From a virus (taxonomy: Duplodnaviria; Caudoviricetes): a stretch of 52,386 bases of DNA. This document shows, in pieces, positions 42,003-52,175 of the stretch (positions are counted from its first letter, which is position 1; the number at the start of each line of letters is the position of its first letter). A program made the translations under genes and the position numbers. Where the stretch lies: positions 1 to 52,386 of the IMG/VR virus record IMGVR_UViG_3300028840_005521. The stretch is one strand, 5' to 3'. The notes under the pieces are model-generated. The model saw nothing but the letters and a program-made list of their open reading frames with translations. It did not search any database and was not told the DNA's origin.

Positions 42003-45000
42003 GTGGCCGATCAGACCATTACCATACGCGTTAATGCGATCACAGGCCAAGCCCAAGCCCAACTTCTCGCAGTAGGCAAATCCACCGGCCAGATGGTCGG
42101 CCGAATGGACACTGCCGCCAGATCCGCCCAAGCCAAGATGCAGGCTTTCGGCTCTGCAGCTGCCACCTTCGGTAAAGTAGTGACCCTGGGTGTTGCTGGC
42201 GGGCTTGCGCTGTCTGCGAAAGCTGCCATCGATTTCGAATCGTCATTCACCGGTGTGAGGAAAACACTCGACGCGACCGAACCGCAGTTTCAGAAACTGA
42301 GCGACGGGATCCGGGACCTAGCCAAAGAAATCCCAGTTAGCGTGAACGAGCTCAATCGGATTGCCGAATTGGGAGGTCAGCTCGGCATCTCGGTGGGTGG
42401 TATCGAAGGCTTCACTGAAACCATTGCAAAAGTCGGGGCGACCACCACTGTCGCTGCAGACGAAGCGGCGATTTCGTTTGCCCGGATAGCCAACATCCTT
42501 GGGCTGGGTGAAAACCAATTCAGCCAACTCGGGTCCTCGCTAGTGGATCTGGGCAACAACTTCGCTACAACTGAAGACCAGATCCTCACTTTTGCTCTCC
42601 GCATTGCCCCGGTGGGCCAAACCGTCGGATTGACCGCCGACCAGGTGTTGGCATTAGCCACTGCGTTCTCGTCTGTTGGTGTGCCGGCTGAGCGTGGCGG
42701 AACTGCGGTGCAAAGAACATTCATCGAGATCGCTCGGGCAGTGCAAGAGGGTGGTGCAACTCTTGACACCTTTGCAGAGGTCGCGGGTGTCACTGTCGGA
42801 GAATTCTCTGAGCTGTTTGAAAGCGATGCAGCCGCAGCCCTCGATTTGTTCCTCATCGGGTTGGGTCAAGTTGCTGCTGCCGGGGGGAACGTATTTGATG
42901 TGCTCGACCGGGTGAATCTTGGCAACCAGCGAACAGTGCAAGCGTTGCTTGCTGTCGCCAACTCGAGCGGCATTCTCACCGAAGCGTTAGAAACCGGTGC
43001 TTCAGCATTCAACGAATACGATGCCCTGACCGAAGAGTTCGACAAACGCCTCGAGACGACTGCCAGCAAGCTCACAATCGCCAAGAACCAGATCGTCGAC
43101 TTGGGTATCGAGATCGGGACCACATTGCTGCCACTGATCGGAGACGCAGCCGAGAAGTTCCAAGACTTCGCTGCTGGCATCGGGGCTGTCGACGGACCGG
43201 CCCGAGCCTTGCTAAAGATACTTGCAGCGTTGATACCGGCACTGACCATCTCTGGGATAGCTGGCAGCAAGCTCACAAAGATCTTCGGAGTGTTCCTGCC
43301 AAATGCTTTCAAGGGCGCCACCGCCAGTGCAGCACTTCTCCGGGGAGCTCTCGGGTTCGGCTTCCTCGCAGCTGTCGGCGCAGTGGTGAAGATCATAACC
43401 GATATCGGCACAGCAGCCAGAGAGTCGAGCCAACGCGTCGATGATCTGGCCGAAGCTGTTGCGAACGTTGGGTCTTCGAACGTCCGTGACTTGATTATTG
43501 GTGGGTTGGGCGAGAAAGACCGGAAGCTGCTTGACGATCTGGGCATCAGTTACAAAGTGTTCGCTGATGCTGTGCTCGGCAACGAAGTCGCACAGAAAAT
43601 CCTCGAAGACTTCCTGGTGATCGAAGACTCAACTGGTGCCTATCTCGAAACAGCAGACAAAGCGATCCAGTTGCAGAGCTTGTTGACGGAACGCACCGAC
43701 GAGTACACAGCGGCTTTGGAGCGGCAACGCCAGGCGGCGGCTCAGGAGGTGGAGCAAGCGAATTTGGAAGCCATCGCGGAGGGCTACGAATCGATCGACG
43801 AGAAGATGCGCGAAGAAGCACTGATGAACGCGGCATCTGGGATTACGGAAATTGGCGATGCTGCGGACTATACGGCTGACGAGTTGGACGAACTCGCTGA
43901 CCAAATGGAAGACGCCTTTGACGAGTTCGATTCGATTATTGACGCTTCCGACAATTTCATCGATTCGATTGTCAACCTGGCAGAAGCCCAGGCCGAACTC
44001 AACGACACTACTGAACCCACTTTCGAACAGCTTCAGGCAGTGAGGGGCGCATTCACCGATCTAACCCGGGCTGCTCGAGACCTCGGCCCCGAAGGCATCC
44101 AACCAGCCATTGCCCAGCTCGACCAGATGTTGCTTCTTGGTCTCTTAAACGAGGAGCAGTACCTCGAGTTCTTGAACATCCTGCTCACGATGCAGCCAGT
44201 GGCTAACGCCTTCGCTGGTGGTGCCGATTTGATCGTAGGCAACATGGACGCTGTGGCCGGTGCCGCAGAAATCGCTGGTGTCTCTGTTTCCGAATTCATC
44301 AACTTGCTACTCGGCCTCGACGCAGCCATGTTGGGAACAATCCAGAACGCCGGCAACTTCGCGGCAGCAATCGGGTTAGCCAACCGGGCTGTGCAGTCGG
44401 GTCTCGGCACCACCGTTTTCGGAGCTATCGCTGAAGACCTCGGCACCGACATCAGGTTGGTGGATCAGATAGCTCGCCGCATCCAGGAACTCGAAAGTGG
44501 TTTCGTATCTATCGGTGGCGACATCGCAACGGCTATTGGCACAGGGATTCGCGGTGGCGGTGGCGGTGGCGGTGGCGGTGGGGCTGGCCCCATCGAAGAG
44601 GCCGTTGAGGATGAACTCGAGGCAGCGTTAGAACTAATCCAGAGCCAACTCGACGCGTTCCGTGGGGCCATCGACGCCAACAGGGACTACATCAAGAGCA
44701 TTCAGGAACTCAAAGACGCTGAGGAAGAGCTGGCCGAGCTCAGACGGGAACAAGCCGACCTCCCGGACCAGATAGCCGAAGCTGAAGAACGGTTGCAAAG
44801 AGCGCGGGAGGATGCGGCTCGTGTCACTTTGGATGAGCAACTGGCAATCGAGATCGCTGAGGAAAACCTTGCCAGAGCGCAACTGGCTTATGCGCAGGGG
44901 CGTATATCTCTCACCGAACTGCAGATAGCAGAACGTGAACTCGAAGAAGCCCGAGCTGACGCCACTGGGCCAACCGATGAAGTAGCCGAAGCTGAGGAAG

Positions 45001-45740
45001 AGCTTGAAGATCTGCGGCAAAGAGAAATCGAGATTGCCGAAGACCTCGCCGACGCTGAACTTGCCCTACTTGATGCCCAGCTGGCCCTTATCGACGCTCA
45101 AATAGATCTCGTTAATGCCGGTAGGGACTTCAACGAACTGGGAAGAGACGGTATCGACATCTTCAGGGCATTGGCAGAAGAGGTCGGGCTGACGGCAGAA
45201 GCTATTGAACGCCTGATCGAACTAGGCCTCGGGGTCGAAGATGTGGACTCGGTTCTTGGAGGTCGGCTGATACCGGCAATATCAGGAGGGGACGAAGATG
45301 ATGGCGCCCCAACTGATCCGTCATCTCGCACCTACACAGTCAAAGCCGGCGACACGCTCGGAGCCATAGCCGCACGCCTGGGCACGTCAGTGAGCAACCT
45401 GGTTGCTCTCAACGGCACCGTATACAACTCACTATCAGGTGTCTCGAGATCACTTGACCCGGATCTCATTTACCCAGGCGACATTCTCAAATACGCTTTG
45501 GGTGGAGTGGTGCCCGGGATGCTCGGGCAGCCCCAGCTCGCTATTGTGCATGGCGGCGAACAGATCCTTTCCCCATCAGCGACTCGGCGCCAACATCAAC
45601 TAGAATCCCAGCCCATAATGATCGAGAACCTGAATTTGCAGGGAGTGTTTGACCCAACTCGACCCCAAGAGTGGGCCCGGATCATGCGAGCAGTGAGAAA
45701 CGACCTGGAATATGACAGACGGTCACGAGGGGGCAGATAA
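42003..45740 (+). CDS. Tape measure protein with C-terminal LysM domain
   Basis: AIDFESSFTGVRKT core; long helical region; YTVKAGDTL..IA..LG...IYPGDIL LysM. Confidence 0.93.
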   Translation: MADQTITIRVNAITGQAQAQLLAVGKSTGQMVGRMDTAARSAQAKMQAFGSAAATFGKVVTLGVAGGLALSAKAAIDFESSFTGVRKTLDATEPQFQKLSDGIRDLAKEIPVSVNELNRIAELGGQLGISVGGIEGFTETIAKVGATTTVAADEAAISFARIANILGLGENQFSQLGSSLVDLGNNFATTEDQILTFALRIAPVGQTVGLTADQVLALATAFSSVGVPAERGGTAVQRTFIEIARAVQEGGATLDTFAEVAGVTVGEFSELFESDAAAALDLFLIGLGQVAAAGGNVFDVLDRVNLGNQRTVQALLAVANSSGILTEALETGASAFNEYDALTEEFDKRLETTASKLTIAKNQIVDLGIEIGTTLLPLIGDAAEKFQDFAAGIGAVDGPARALLKILAALIPALTISGIAGSKLTKIFGVFLPNAFKGATASAALLRGALGFGFLAAVGAVVKIITDIGTAARESSQRVDDLAEAVANVGSSNVRDLIIGGLGEKDRKLLDDLGISYKVFADAVLGNEVAQKILEDFLVIEDSTGAYLETADKAIQLQSLLTERTDEYTAALERQRQAAAQEVEQANLEAIAEGYESIDEKMREEALMNAASGITEIGDAADYTADELDELADQMEDAFDEFDSIIDASDNFIDSIVNLAEAQAELNDTTEPTFEQLQAVRGAFTDLTRAARDLGPEGIQPAIAQLDQMLLLGLLNEEQYLEFLNILLTMQPVANAFAGGADLIVGNMDAVAGAAEIAGVSVSEFINLLLGLDAAMLGTIQNAGNFAAAIGLANRAVQSGLGTTVFGAIAEDLGTDIRLVDQIARRIQELESGFVSIGGDIATAIGTGIRGGGGGGGGGGAGPIEEAVEDELEAALELIQSQLDAFRGAIDANRDYIKSIQELKDAEEELAELRREQADLPDQIAEAEERLQRAREDAARVTLDEQLAIEIAEENLARAQLAYAQGRISLTELQIAERELEEARADATGPTDEVAEAEEELEDLRQREIEIAEDLADAELALLDAQLALIDAQIDLVNAGRDFNELGRDGIDIFRALAEEVGLTAEAIERLIELGLGVEDVDSVLGGRLIPAISGGDEDDGAPTDPSSRTYTVKAGDTLGAIAARLGTSVSNLVALNGTVYNSLSGVSRSLDPDLIYPGDILKYALGGVVPGMLGQPQLAIVHGGEQILSPSATRRQHQLESQPIMIENLNLQGVFDPTRPQEWARIMRAVRNDLEYDRRSRGGR

Positions 45741-47101
45741 TGGGTGTACTCGAAGTGGGCCGCTGGGGTAGGGATGTCTTAACCACCGATCCTTCCAACA
45801 TGTCGTTCCGGGTTAGTGGTGACGACGAGGTTGTGAACATTAATGGATTCATCAAAGACACATCGTCATTGGCGGATGCTTTGACACTGCGGGACCAGCT
45901 GGTCGGGCAAGTCAAGTCGACTCGACGGATAGGGCTAGTCGACGTTCATTCCGACGTCGACGACACTATTGACGGGTTCTACATTCTTGAGAGTGCCTCG
46001 ATGAATGTGGAACGCAGTTTGGGATCGCTGATCGACAAGGGTTTCATCCCATACCAAATGTCACTGAGGAAACTCAATACGAACTTGTTCGAATCGGTAG
46101 TTAGCGGGGCGAAACTTGGCGGTTATACCAACGGCGACCCATTCGTTGCGCCGCCGACGGGCATGGAGGTAGTGAACCCTGAATCGTCTCTAGTTTCCGG
46201 ATCCACATACTTCAACAATGTGGCACGACCCGTCGAACCAGTAGCCGATTCTGACACCTCGATGCAGGTGCTTTACAACATCAACGCCCCTGGATCCGCT
46301 CTTCCAATCGCCCCATCATGGTATTGCTCGCCGCGATTGTTCGCTGGCGGAGCGGTAACTTTCAAGCTCGACGGCAAAGTAGTGTCCGGCCTTACCACCT
46401 ATCACAACAAGACCACTAGCTTCTCGGGCGTTACTGGCGATCCGCTCGAGGACGACGACTGGGAACTTTCTAATGGCATTATTCGTATTGTTGGGGCTGC
46501 CGATACGACAGCAGTGTTCGCTATTGAACTGTACGAAGGAACTGGTAATGGTTGGACTTCATCAGAAGAATTCGGGCTGACATCAACAGCTACCACCGTG
46601 ATTACTCATCAGCCGTGGGAGTACCTTACGGTCTTGCGGAACGATTACGAAGCTGTGACGGTCCGGTTTGTCAACCGCCATGAGATAGGTGGGTTAAGCA
46701 TCGCTAAGCGCCGCATCCTGGACTTGAACCTTCGACGTGGCTCAAGGTTCGCAACTCTCAGATCGCAGCTTCACGTCACCAGTTCTAATGGCGGTCTTGA
46801 GCACGCCACCGGATCTGCGGCTACTGATCCTTCCGGTTCAGAACCCAATTTCATTGAACGCTCAACGAACGACGCGAGTGGCAATCGGTGGGCTATGGGG
46901 GGCGGTGGAACCACCGATCTCGTTAATGGTGGCTTGGTGCAAAATGCCCCATACCATGTTCCGTTTGAAGGCTGGATCGGATATGTCCTTGATGGTTCCT
47001 CCGCGATAACCGGCGACACGTCAACCAATCTTGATGCTCAGTTCTCTTTTCCGATACACGAACGCGTCCTTCCTGTGGTTCCTGGTGGGGTGCTAGTGTG
47101 A
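45740..47101 (+). CDS. Minor tail protein (Dit-like)
   Basis: Directly after TMP. Confidence 0.7.
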   Translation: MGVLEVGRWGRDVLTTDPSNMSFRVSGDDEVVNINGFIKDTSSLADALTLRDQLVGQVKSTRRIGLVDVHSDVDDTIDGFYILESASMNVERSLGSLIDKGFIPYQMSLRKLNTNLFESVVSGAKLGGYTNGDPFVAPPTGMEVVNPESSLVSGSTYFNNVARPVEPVADSDTSMQVLYNINAPGSALPIAPSWYCSPRLFAGGAVTFKLDGKVVSGLTTYHNKTTSFSGVTGDPLEDDDWELSNGIIRIVGAADTTAVFAIELYEGTGNGWTSSEEFGLTSTATTVITHQPWEYLTVLRNDYEAVTVRFVNRHEIGGLSIAKRRILDLNLRRGSRFATLRSQLHVTSSNGGLEHATGSAATDPSGSEPNFIERSTNDASGNRWAMGGGGTTDLVNGGLVQNAPYHVPFEGWIGYVLDGSSAITGDTSTNLDAQFSFPIHERVLPVVPGGVLV

Positions 47102-48669
47102 TTACCGAAGAGCTCATGGAACATGGTCGCTGGGATCTGTCTCTCAGCGAAACCACCCCGTCAGGTATCAGAGACAGGATCGTTGAACGGGGACACATCC
47201 TCATTACTAATGTGCGTATCGATCCGATCACATTCGCCGACGGCACAATCACCGACGCCTCGATGAAGGCCCTATCAGAATACACCGGTCGGGTAGATAG
47301 GGTCTCGCCCGGACTGGCAGGGGTCACCTCTTGTGACATTGGCGGGACCCACGTCTCGGTTTGGCTGGGAGATTCCGACGGACGCGGTGTCATCTTCACT
47401 ACCACCAAAACGTTTTCGGCTGCTACTTGGTCGTCGTTCATCAGTTCGATTCGCCCCACTTCGATCGCGGCCGGCACAGTTACCAATAATCCGTCAACGG
47501 TCACTGCTGATTACTTCGGGATCACAGCCAAAGCAGCCCTAGATCACGCTTGTCCCATTGCTGGCGCCGAATGGAAAGTCACCAACGACGGCAAACTTGA
47601 CTCGGGGGTCGAAGGCGACTTGTTTGTCACTACCCCGGAGGCTCTGATTATTCGCGAAAGTGTCAGTTGGGATCCGAACATTACAGTGCGCCCGTCGCCA
47701 CGCATGGGAGTTCAGCTCGACAGCAACAAATGGGTCTCGGAAGTGCATCTGGCAGGCCGGGTAAGCGCTGCAGCCGGGGACGAAGATATCATCCTCGCCT
47801 CAGCCGACCTTACCGATATCAGCGCCACCAACCCATATAAAGATTTTCAAGGGAACGCCGACACCACCGCGATTCTTCACAATGATACCGTCTCGTTTGT
47901 TGCCCAAGCTCAAGGCGCAGCTGAGGCCGCATTATCCGCATTCATCGAACTCGAGGAATTAGTAACCGTTGACTTGAATGGCTTCTATGTCGGTGGTGAG
48001 TTCTCTGTCGGTGATTACGTTTGGGTATTCGACCCCCCGTATATTTGGGACTCAAGCAACCAGCTTTTCTTTGCTGGCAATTTCATCTTTCCACGGAAAA
48101 TGCGGGTGTATGCACGCACCTGGCCGGTGCTTAAGGGCATGGGGGTGTACTACCGGGACAAAGACGGCAACTACACCGATTTGAGCGACTATGTGCGCGA
48201 AACTGGCACAGCCACCATCGACGTTGGCAAACGCCCCAATAACCCGATCAGCGACATTCAGCAAATCGCCAGAACTGGCCTCTTCTACGCCCAGCTTCCA
48301 CCCGACCTAACCAACTCCCTGATTGACACATTTGTTTACTCCATTCCCGGCGAACTCGAAGTAGCAACTGGCGACCTACGAGTACCGATGTCTTACGCTG
48401 GCGATATTGTGCGAATCCGGTTTGCGCTCGGCACAGCCCCTACCGGGAGTTCAGCGATTGCTGACGTCAACAAAAACGGGACAACGGTTTACACAACCCA
48501 AGCCAACCGTCCAACGATTGCAGACGGGGCTAACGACTCGGGTGCTGGAACGAGTCCAGACGTCACAGCTTTCGTAGCTGGGGACTACTTAACTGTCGAC
48601 ATTGATCAAATAGGAAGCACCACGGCCGGGAACGATGGTGTAGTGATAATCGAGGTGACCAAAGAATGA
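47098..48669 (+). CDS. Minor tail (hub/Tal-like) protein with C-terminal beta domain
   Basis: Position; TAPTGS...AGDYLTVDIDQIGST tail-type domain. Confidence 0.72.
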   Translation: MITEELMEHGRWDLSLSETTPSGIRDRIVERGHILITNVRIDPITFADGTITDASMKALSEYTGRVDRVSPGLAGVTSCDIGGTHVSVWLGDSDGRGVIFTTTKTFSAATWSSFISSIRPTSIAAGTVTNNPSTVTADYFGITAKAALDHACPIAGAEWKVTNDGKLDSGVEGDLFVTTPEALIIRESVSWDPNITVRPSPRMGVQLDSNKWVSEVHLAGRVSAAAGDEDIILASADLTDISATNPYKDFQGNADTTAILHNDTVSFVAQAQGAAEAALSAFIELEELVTVDLNGFYVGGEFSVGDYVWVFDPPYIWDSSNQLFFAGNFIFPRKMRVYARTWPVLKGMGVYYRDKDGNYTDLSDYVRETGTATIDVGKRPNNPISDIQQIARTGLFYAQLPPDLTNSLIDTFVYSIPGELEVATGDLRVPMSYAGDIVRIRFALGTAPTGSSAIADVNKNGTTVYTTQANRPTIADGANDSGAGTSPDVTAFVAGDYLTVDIDQIGSTTAGNDGVVIIEVTKE

Positions 48670-49697
48670 GTTTGCTGTTCATGGACGGGTTCGATGATGA
48701 CCTATGCAACGCTGGTTACAAAGGGTACATAGGTCAGTCACCTACCGGTAGCGACATATCCACCACTTATGGTCGCTTCTCCACCAAAGGTGCACGCATA
48801 GGCGACATAACCAATGATTACCTTGATCGGGCTACTGGCTCAACGAACGACACAATTATCCTGGGATTCGGTGGGTACATAGCTAACCTCAGCAACGCAG
48901 ATGTGTTTGTGAGGCTGCTTGACAGCGGGATTGTTCAAATCCAGTTTCGCCTATACGATGACGGTTCGATCTCGGCATTTCGAAGTAGCACCCTGCTTGG
49001 CAACAGCGGTCCAAACAAGTTCCTTGAGGATGTGTGGCAATACTGGGAGATCAAGGTCAAGATTGCTAACACTGGCGGCACCGTAGACGTTCGGGTCAAC
49101 GGAGTTAGCATCCTGTCTTTGTCTAGCCAAGACACGCAACAATCAGCGAACGCGTATGTGACTAACTGGCAAGTAGCTGGCGGATCCGGCTACATCGAAG
49201 AATTTTGGATAGATGATCTTGTCGTAATGGACGGGTCAGGTTCATCACCATACAACAACTTCCTCGGTGACATTCATGTTGAATTGATTCTTCCCGATGG
49301 TAATGGCAATAGCAGTGGCATGTCGGGTAGTGACGGGAATAGCACCGACAATTATTTACTCGTCGACGACAACCCGGTAGTCACCACCGACTATGTGGAG
49401 GCGACAACGGAGGGCACCAAGGATACCTATGCGATGGAGAACCTATCGGCCGCTACGACAGCTTCGGTTTACGGGATCCAAGTGGCGCTGGTTGAACAGA
49501 AAGACGATTCGAACGCTAAGTACATGCGACCGGTTATTCGCCGCAGCTCAACAGACTATGTAGGCACCTCCATTTCGCTATCGACGTCGTGGGCTGGCGA
49601 TATGCAAATCTGGGAACAGGATCCTTCTACCGCGGCTAACTGGACGGTGACAAACATCAACGGGCTCGAAGTCGGACAAGAGGTGCGTGATTCGTGA
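48666..49697 (+). CDS. Tail tip / receptor-binding protein candidate
   Basis: MSLLFMDGFD...WQYWEIKV...IDDLVV lectin-like pattern. Confidence 0.65.
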   Translation: MSLLFMDGFDDDLCNAGYKGYIGQSPTGSDISTTYGRFSTKGARIGDITNDYLDRATGSTNDTIILGFGGYIANLSNADVFVRLLDSGIVQIQFRLYDDGSISAFRSSTLLGNSGPNKFLEDVWQYWEIKVKIANTGGTVDVRVNGVSILSLSSQDTQQSANAYVTNWQVAGGSGYIEEFWIDDLVVMDGSGSSPYNNFLGDIHVELILPDGNGNSSGMSGSDGNSTDNYLLVDDNPVVTTDYVEATTEGTKDTYAMENLSAATTASVYGIQVALVEQKDDSNAKYMRPVIRRSSTDYVGTSISLSTSWAGDMQIWEQDPSTAANWTVTNINGLEVGQEVRDS

Positions 49698-49906
49698 CAG
49701 CTGGTAGGTCCGCAAGAACCTCTACTGAAGCAATTGTTCAGGCAGGCGCACCTGAAGGTCAAGTAGCACGCACCTCGGTCGAAGCGATCGTTCAAGCAGC
49801 TTCACCCAAAGCCCAAATGGCGCGTCTATCTGTTGAGGTCATAGTGCCGCCTCCAGCTGCTGCCGCCGATGTTGTTGCCAGGTGGGGAATACAGTGGAAG
49901 CAGTAA
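49694..49906 (+). CDS. Small tail protein with three 18-aa repeats
   Basis: ARTSTEAIVQ / ARTSVEAIVQ / ARLSVEVIVP. Confidence 0.65.
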   Translation: MTAGRSARTSTEAIVQAGAPEGQVARTSVEAIVQAASPKAQMARLSVEVIVPPPAAAADVVARWGIQWKQ

Positions 49907-49952
49907 CTAGTTATGAGGTGCAGAAATCGATTAACGAACTACGCTAAACCCT

Positions 49953-50075
49953 ATGACAGCCCCACCGCCAAATCACGTCCCAATCGCTGAAGCAATCTTC
50001 GCTTGGGTAGACGAAAGTCGCATCCTCCGACGGAAGACAGCTACTTCTATGTCGAATGCCGATGTGGCAATTTGA
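49953..50075 (+). pseudogene. Truncated paralogue of the N-terminus of 50234-50641
   Basis: IAEAIFAWVDESR versus IASAIFAWVEESR; stops after 40 aa. Confidence 0.55.
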
Positions 50076-50233
50076 TGGTTCCGAGAACCGATGACGATGC
50101 CATGATCAACTTGTATTTCGACATGATCAGAAGGTGCCTCAAGGGGGCGTATTACTTGACGAACAACGTCAGGGTAGAGGTTCCCGGTTGACCGACAATT
50201 TCTTTTTTGACCAATCCGGCTACTGTGGTAATC

Positions 50234-50641
50234 ATGACAACCGGATCGCCCTCAACCCCACCTCACACCGACATTGCTTCGGCGATTTTCGCTTGGGTGG
50301 AAGAGAGTCGCGAGTACCGGACGCAAACGCACAGCGATCTTTGTTCGTCGATTGAGCAATTGAACGTTACGACTCTTGAAATGAATGGGTTGATGCGCAG
50401 CCTCGAGGTAGCGTTAACCGGAGACGAACTAGGCAACCCAGGTATCGTGGCCAGACAAAACAGCCTCCAAGGTCAAATAGACCAGGATCGTGCCGATCGG
50501 AAGAAAGCCGACGAACGGCTTCATGGCCGCATCGACGAACTCGAGAAGTGGCGCAGCAAGTTGATAGGTGTCGGGATCGGAATCGGCGCCGTATCTGGGA
50601 CAGTTGTGGCTATACTCACCCAGGTGTTCAACAGCGGGTAA
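50234..50641 (+). CDS. Lysis-module coiled-coil protein with C-terminal TM
   Basis: L.GDELGNPGIV, coiled coil, terminal hydrophobic helix. Confidence 0.7.
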   Translation: MTTGSPSTPPHTDIASAIFAWVEESREYRTQTHSDLCSSIEQLNVTTLEMNGLMRSLEVALTGDELGNPGIVARQNSLQGQIDQDRADRKKADERLHGRIDELEKWRSKLIGVGIGIGAVSGTVVAILTQVFNSG

Positions 50642-50663
50642 CGCCGACCTGGGAGGTGCCACC

Positions 50664-51647
50664 ATCTACTACCTGTATGAAAACCAGAATCCCCACGCCC
50701 CCGTCCGTTCGAACGGTTTGAGATTCTGGGGATACCCAAGCCGGAAGGGCGGGGTGAAGCCAACCATCATCGTTGTTCACACCGCCGAGAACATTCCTGA
50801 TTTCAACCCACCGGACCGTGGCGCCGAGTCGATAGCCAACTACTTCGCCAACACGTCTCGACCGGTTTCTTGCCACAGCGTTGTCGACTCTGATTCCAAC
50901 ATCCCTCTGCTTCCCGACGAGGCCGTAGCGTTTCATGTCCGCGGCTACAACACGCCGGGATGGGGTATTGAGATCGCAACCCAGGCTGCAGCTTGGGACC
51001 GCATACCGGCTTGGCACAAAGAGGCGCTACTGGACGCTGCAGCGAAAGAATGCGCCAGGGTTGCTGAGAAGTTCAACATCCCGATAGTGTTCCGGGATGC
51101 TCGCCAGATCGTCGCCGGGCTGCCGGGCTTCACCGGTCACACTAACCTGGATCCGACCCGGCGATCCGACCCGGGATTCGACACAAACGACTGGGCCGAC
51201 TTTCTGGCCCGTGTGAAAAGCTACACCCAACCGAAAGAGGACGAGATGAGCCTATACCCAATGGAGCAGGGCGACGGAATGGGCGCTCGAGAGTTCAAGA
51301 AGTCAGATGTCGCCTACGAGCAGTCCCGGTACAACTTCGTGTTCACCCCAGCTGTGCCACTAGTTGAGGACGGCAGGTACGGGCCGAAGAGTACAGAGGC
51401 GTTCGCCAACATCCCCGGTGCTCCCACCCCGGCCAACAGCCCCAAAGGGTCGCTGTTCACCGGCAAGATGGGTAAAGAACTCGACATTTTGGTTGCACAG
51501 AAAGCCAACGAATCGGTCCACAAGAACTTCGGTGTTGCCCTGAGTTCAGTCACGCGCGACATCGACGATTTGCAGGAACAGTGTTCGACCGGCAGCTCAG
51601 GCTACGTCGAGCACACACACAAGACAGATGGAGGTACACCAACGTGA
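50664..51647 (+). CDS. Endolysin, N-acetylmuramoyl-L-alanine amidase (Amidase_2) with C-terminal binding domain
   Basis: IVVHTAE, SCH, AFH, GIEI, GH...RSDPG; start inferred at ATC after GGGAGG. Confidence 0.88.
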   Translation: MYYLYENQNPHAPVRSNGLRFWGYPSRKGGVKPTIIVVHTAENIPDFNPPDRGAESIANYFANTSRPVSCHSVVDSDSNIPLLPDEAVAFHVRGYNTPGWGIEIATQAAAWDRIPAWHKEALLDAAAKECARVAEKFNIPIVFRDARQIVAGLPGFTGHTNLDPTRRSDPGFDTNDWADFLARVKSYTQPKEDEMSLYPMEQGDGMGAREFKKSDVAYEQSRYNFVFTPAVPLVEDGRYGPKSTEAFANIPGAPTPANSPKGSLFTGKMGKELDILVAQKANESVHKNFGVALSSVTRDIDDLQEQCSTGSSGYVEHTHKTDGGTPT

Positions 51648-51889
51648 ACGACTATATCATTGGCCATATCCGCACCTACATTCCGATGCTTATCGGTTAC
51701 CTAGCAATGGTGCTGGCTCGAGAGTTCGGGATTATCATCGACGAGAACACGCAAGCGAACCTGGTCGCAGCATTCGGTGGGTTGGTCGCCGCCGTCTACT
51801 ACGGGCTAGTTCGCCTGATAGCCGAGAAGTGGCCGCAGGTAGGTAACCTGCTCGGTGTCAACAAGGCGCCGGCGTACTTCGAAGGCTAG
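51644..51889 (+). CDS. Holin
   Basis: IRTYIP, two TMs, YY..VR..E.WP..G.LLG; GTGA overlap with the lysin. Confidence 0.78.
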   Translation: MNDYIIGHIRTYIPMLIGYLAMVLAREFGIIIDENTQANLVAAFGGLVAAVYYGLVRLIAEKWPQVGNLLGVNKAPAYFEG

Positions 51890-51909
51890 ACGAGAACAAG
51901 CAAGACGAG

Positions 51910-51945
51910 AGATACCGGTAGCGGAACAGCTACCGGTATCTTTTT
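51910..51945. terminator. Terminator between the convergent arms
   Basis: AGATACCGGTAGC/GCTACCGGTATCT hairpin plus T run. Confidence 0.8.
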
Positions 51946-52175
51946 GTCATCTTGTTCAGGCCCTTCTTCCACCGCTTGTCGCTAGAGAAGGTCGCGTGGG
52001 CGTATAGCGCCCATTCTGCATCAAAGTCGTAGGCCCAAATCACCCGATCCGGGGTGAGCAGCTCGATTTCCGGTGCCCACCTGTGTGCCATTTCTCCGAG
52101 TTTGGGGTGCCCGTACTCGAATAGGGCTGGGGGCCGATCAGGAACCGCAATGGCAAAGCCAGACAGGATGTTCAA
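51930..52175 (-). CDS. Hypothetical protein downstream of whiB
   Basis: TTG start overlapping the whiB TGA. Confidence 0.55.
   Translation of the reverse strand: MNILSGFAIAVPDRPPALFEYGHPKLGEMAHRWAPEIELLTPDRVIWAYDFDAEWALYAHATFSSDKRWKKGLNKMTKRYR

Noticed and set aside
25881-44452. Long antisense ORFs in the track (e.g. 34524-35540, 30838-31545, 25881-26594)
   Set aside because: Shadow frames of high-GC genes, with no RBS or motifs
44553-44582. GGTGGC tandem repeat as a phase-variation tract
   Set aside because: The 6-bp unit keeps the frame and simply encodes a poly-Gly linker
45740-49906. Diversity-generating retroelement acting on tail genes
   Set aside because: No reverse transcriptase and no template/variable repeat pair seen
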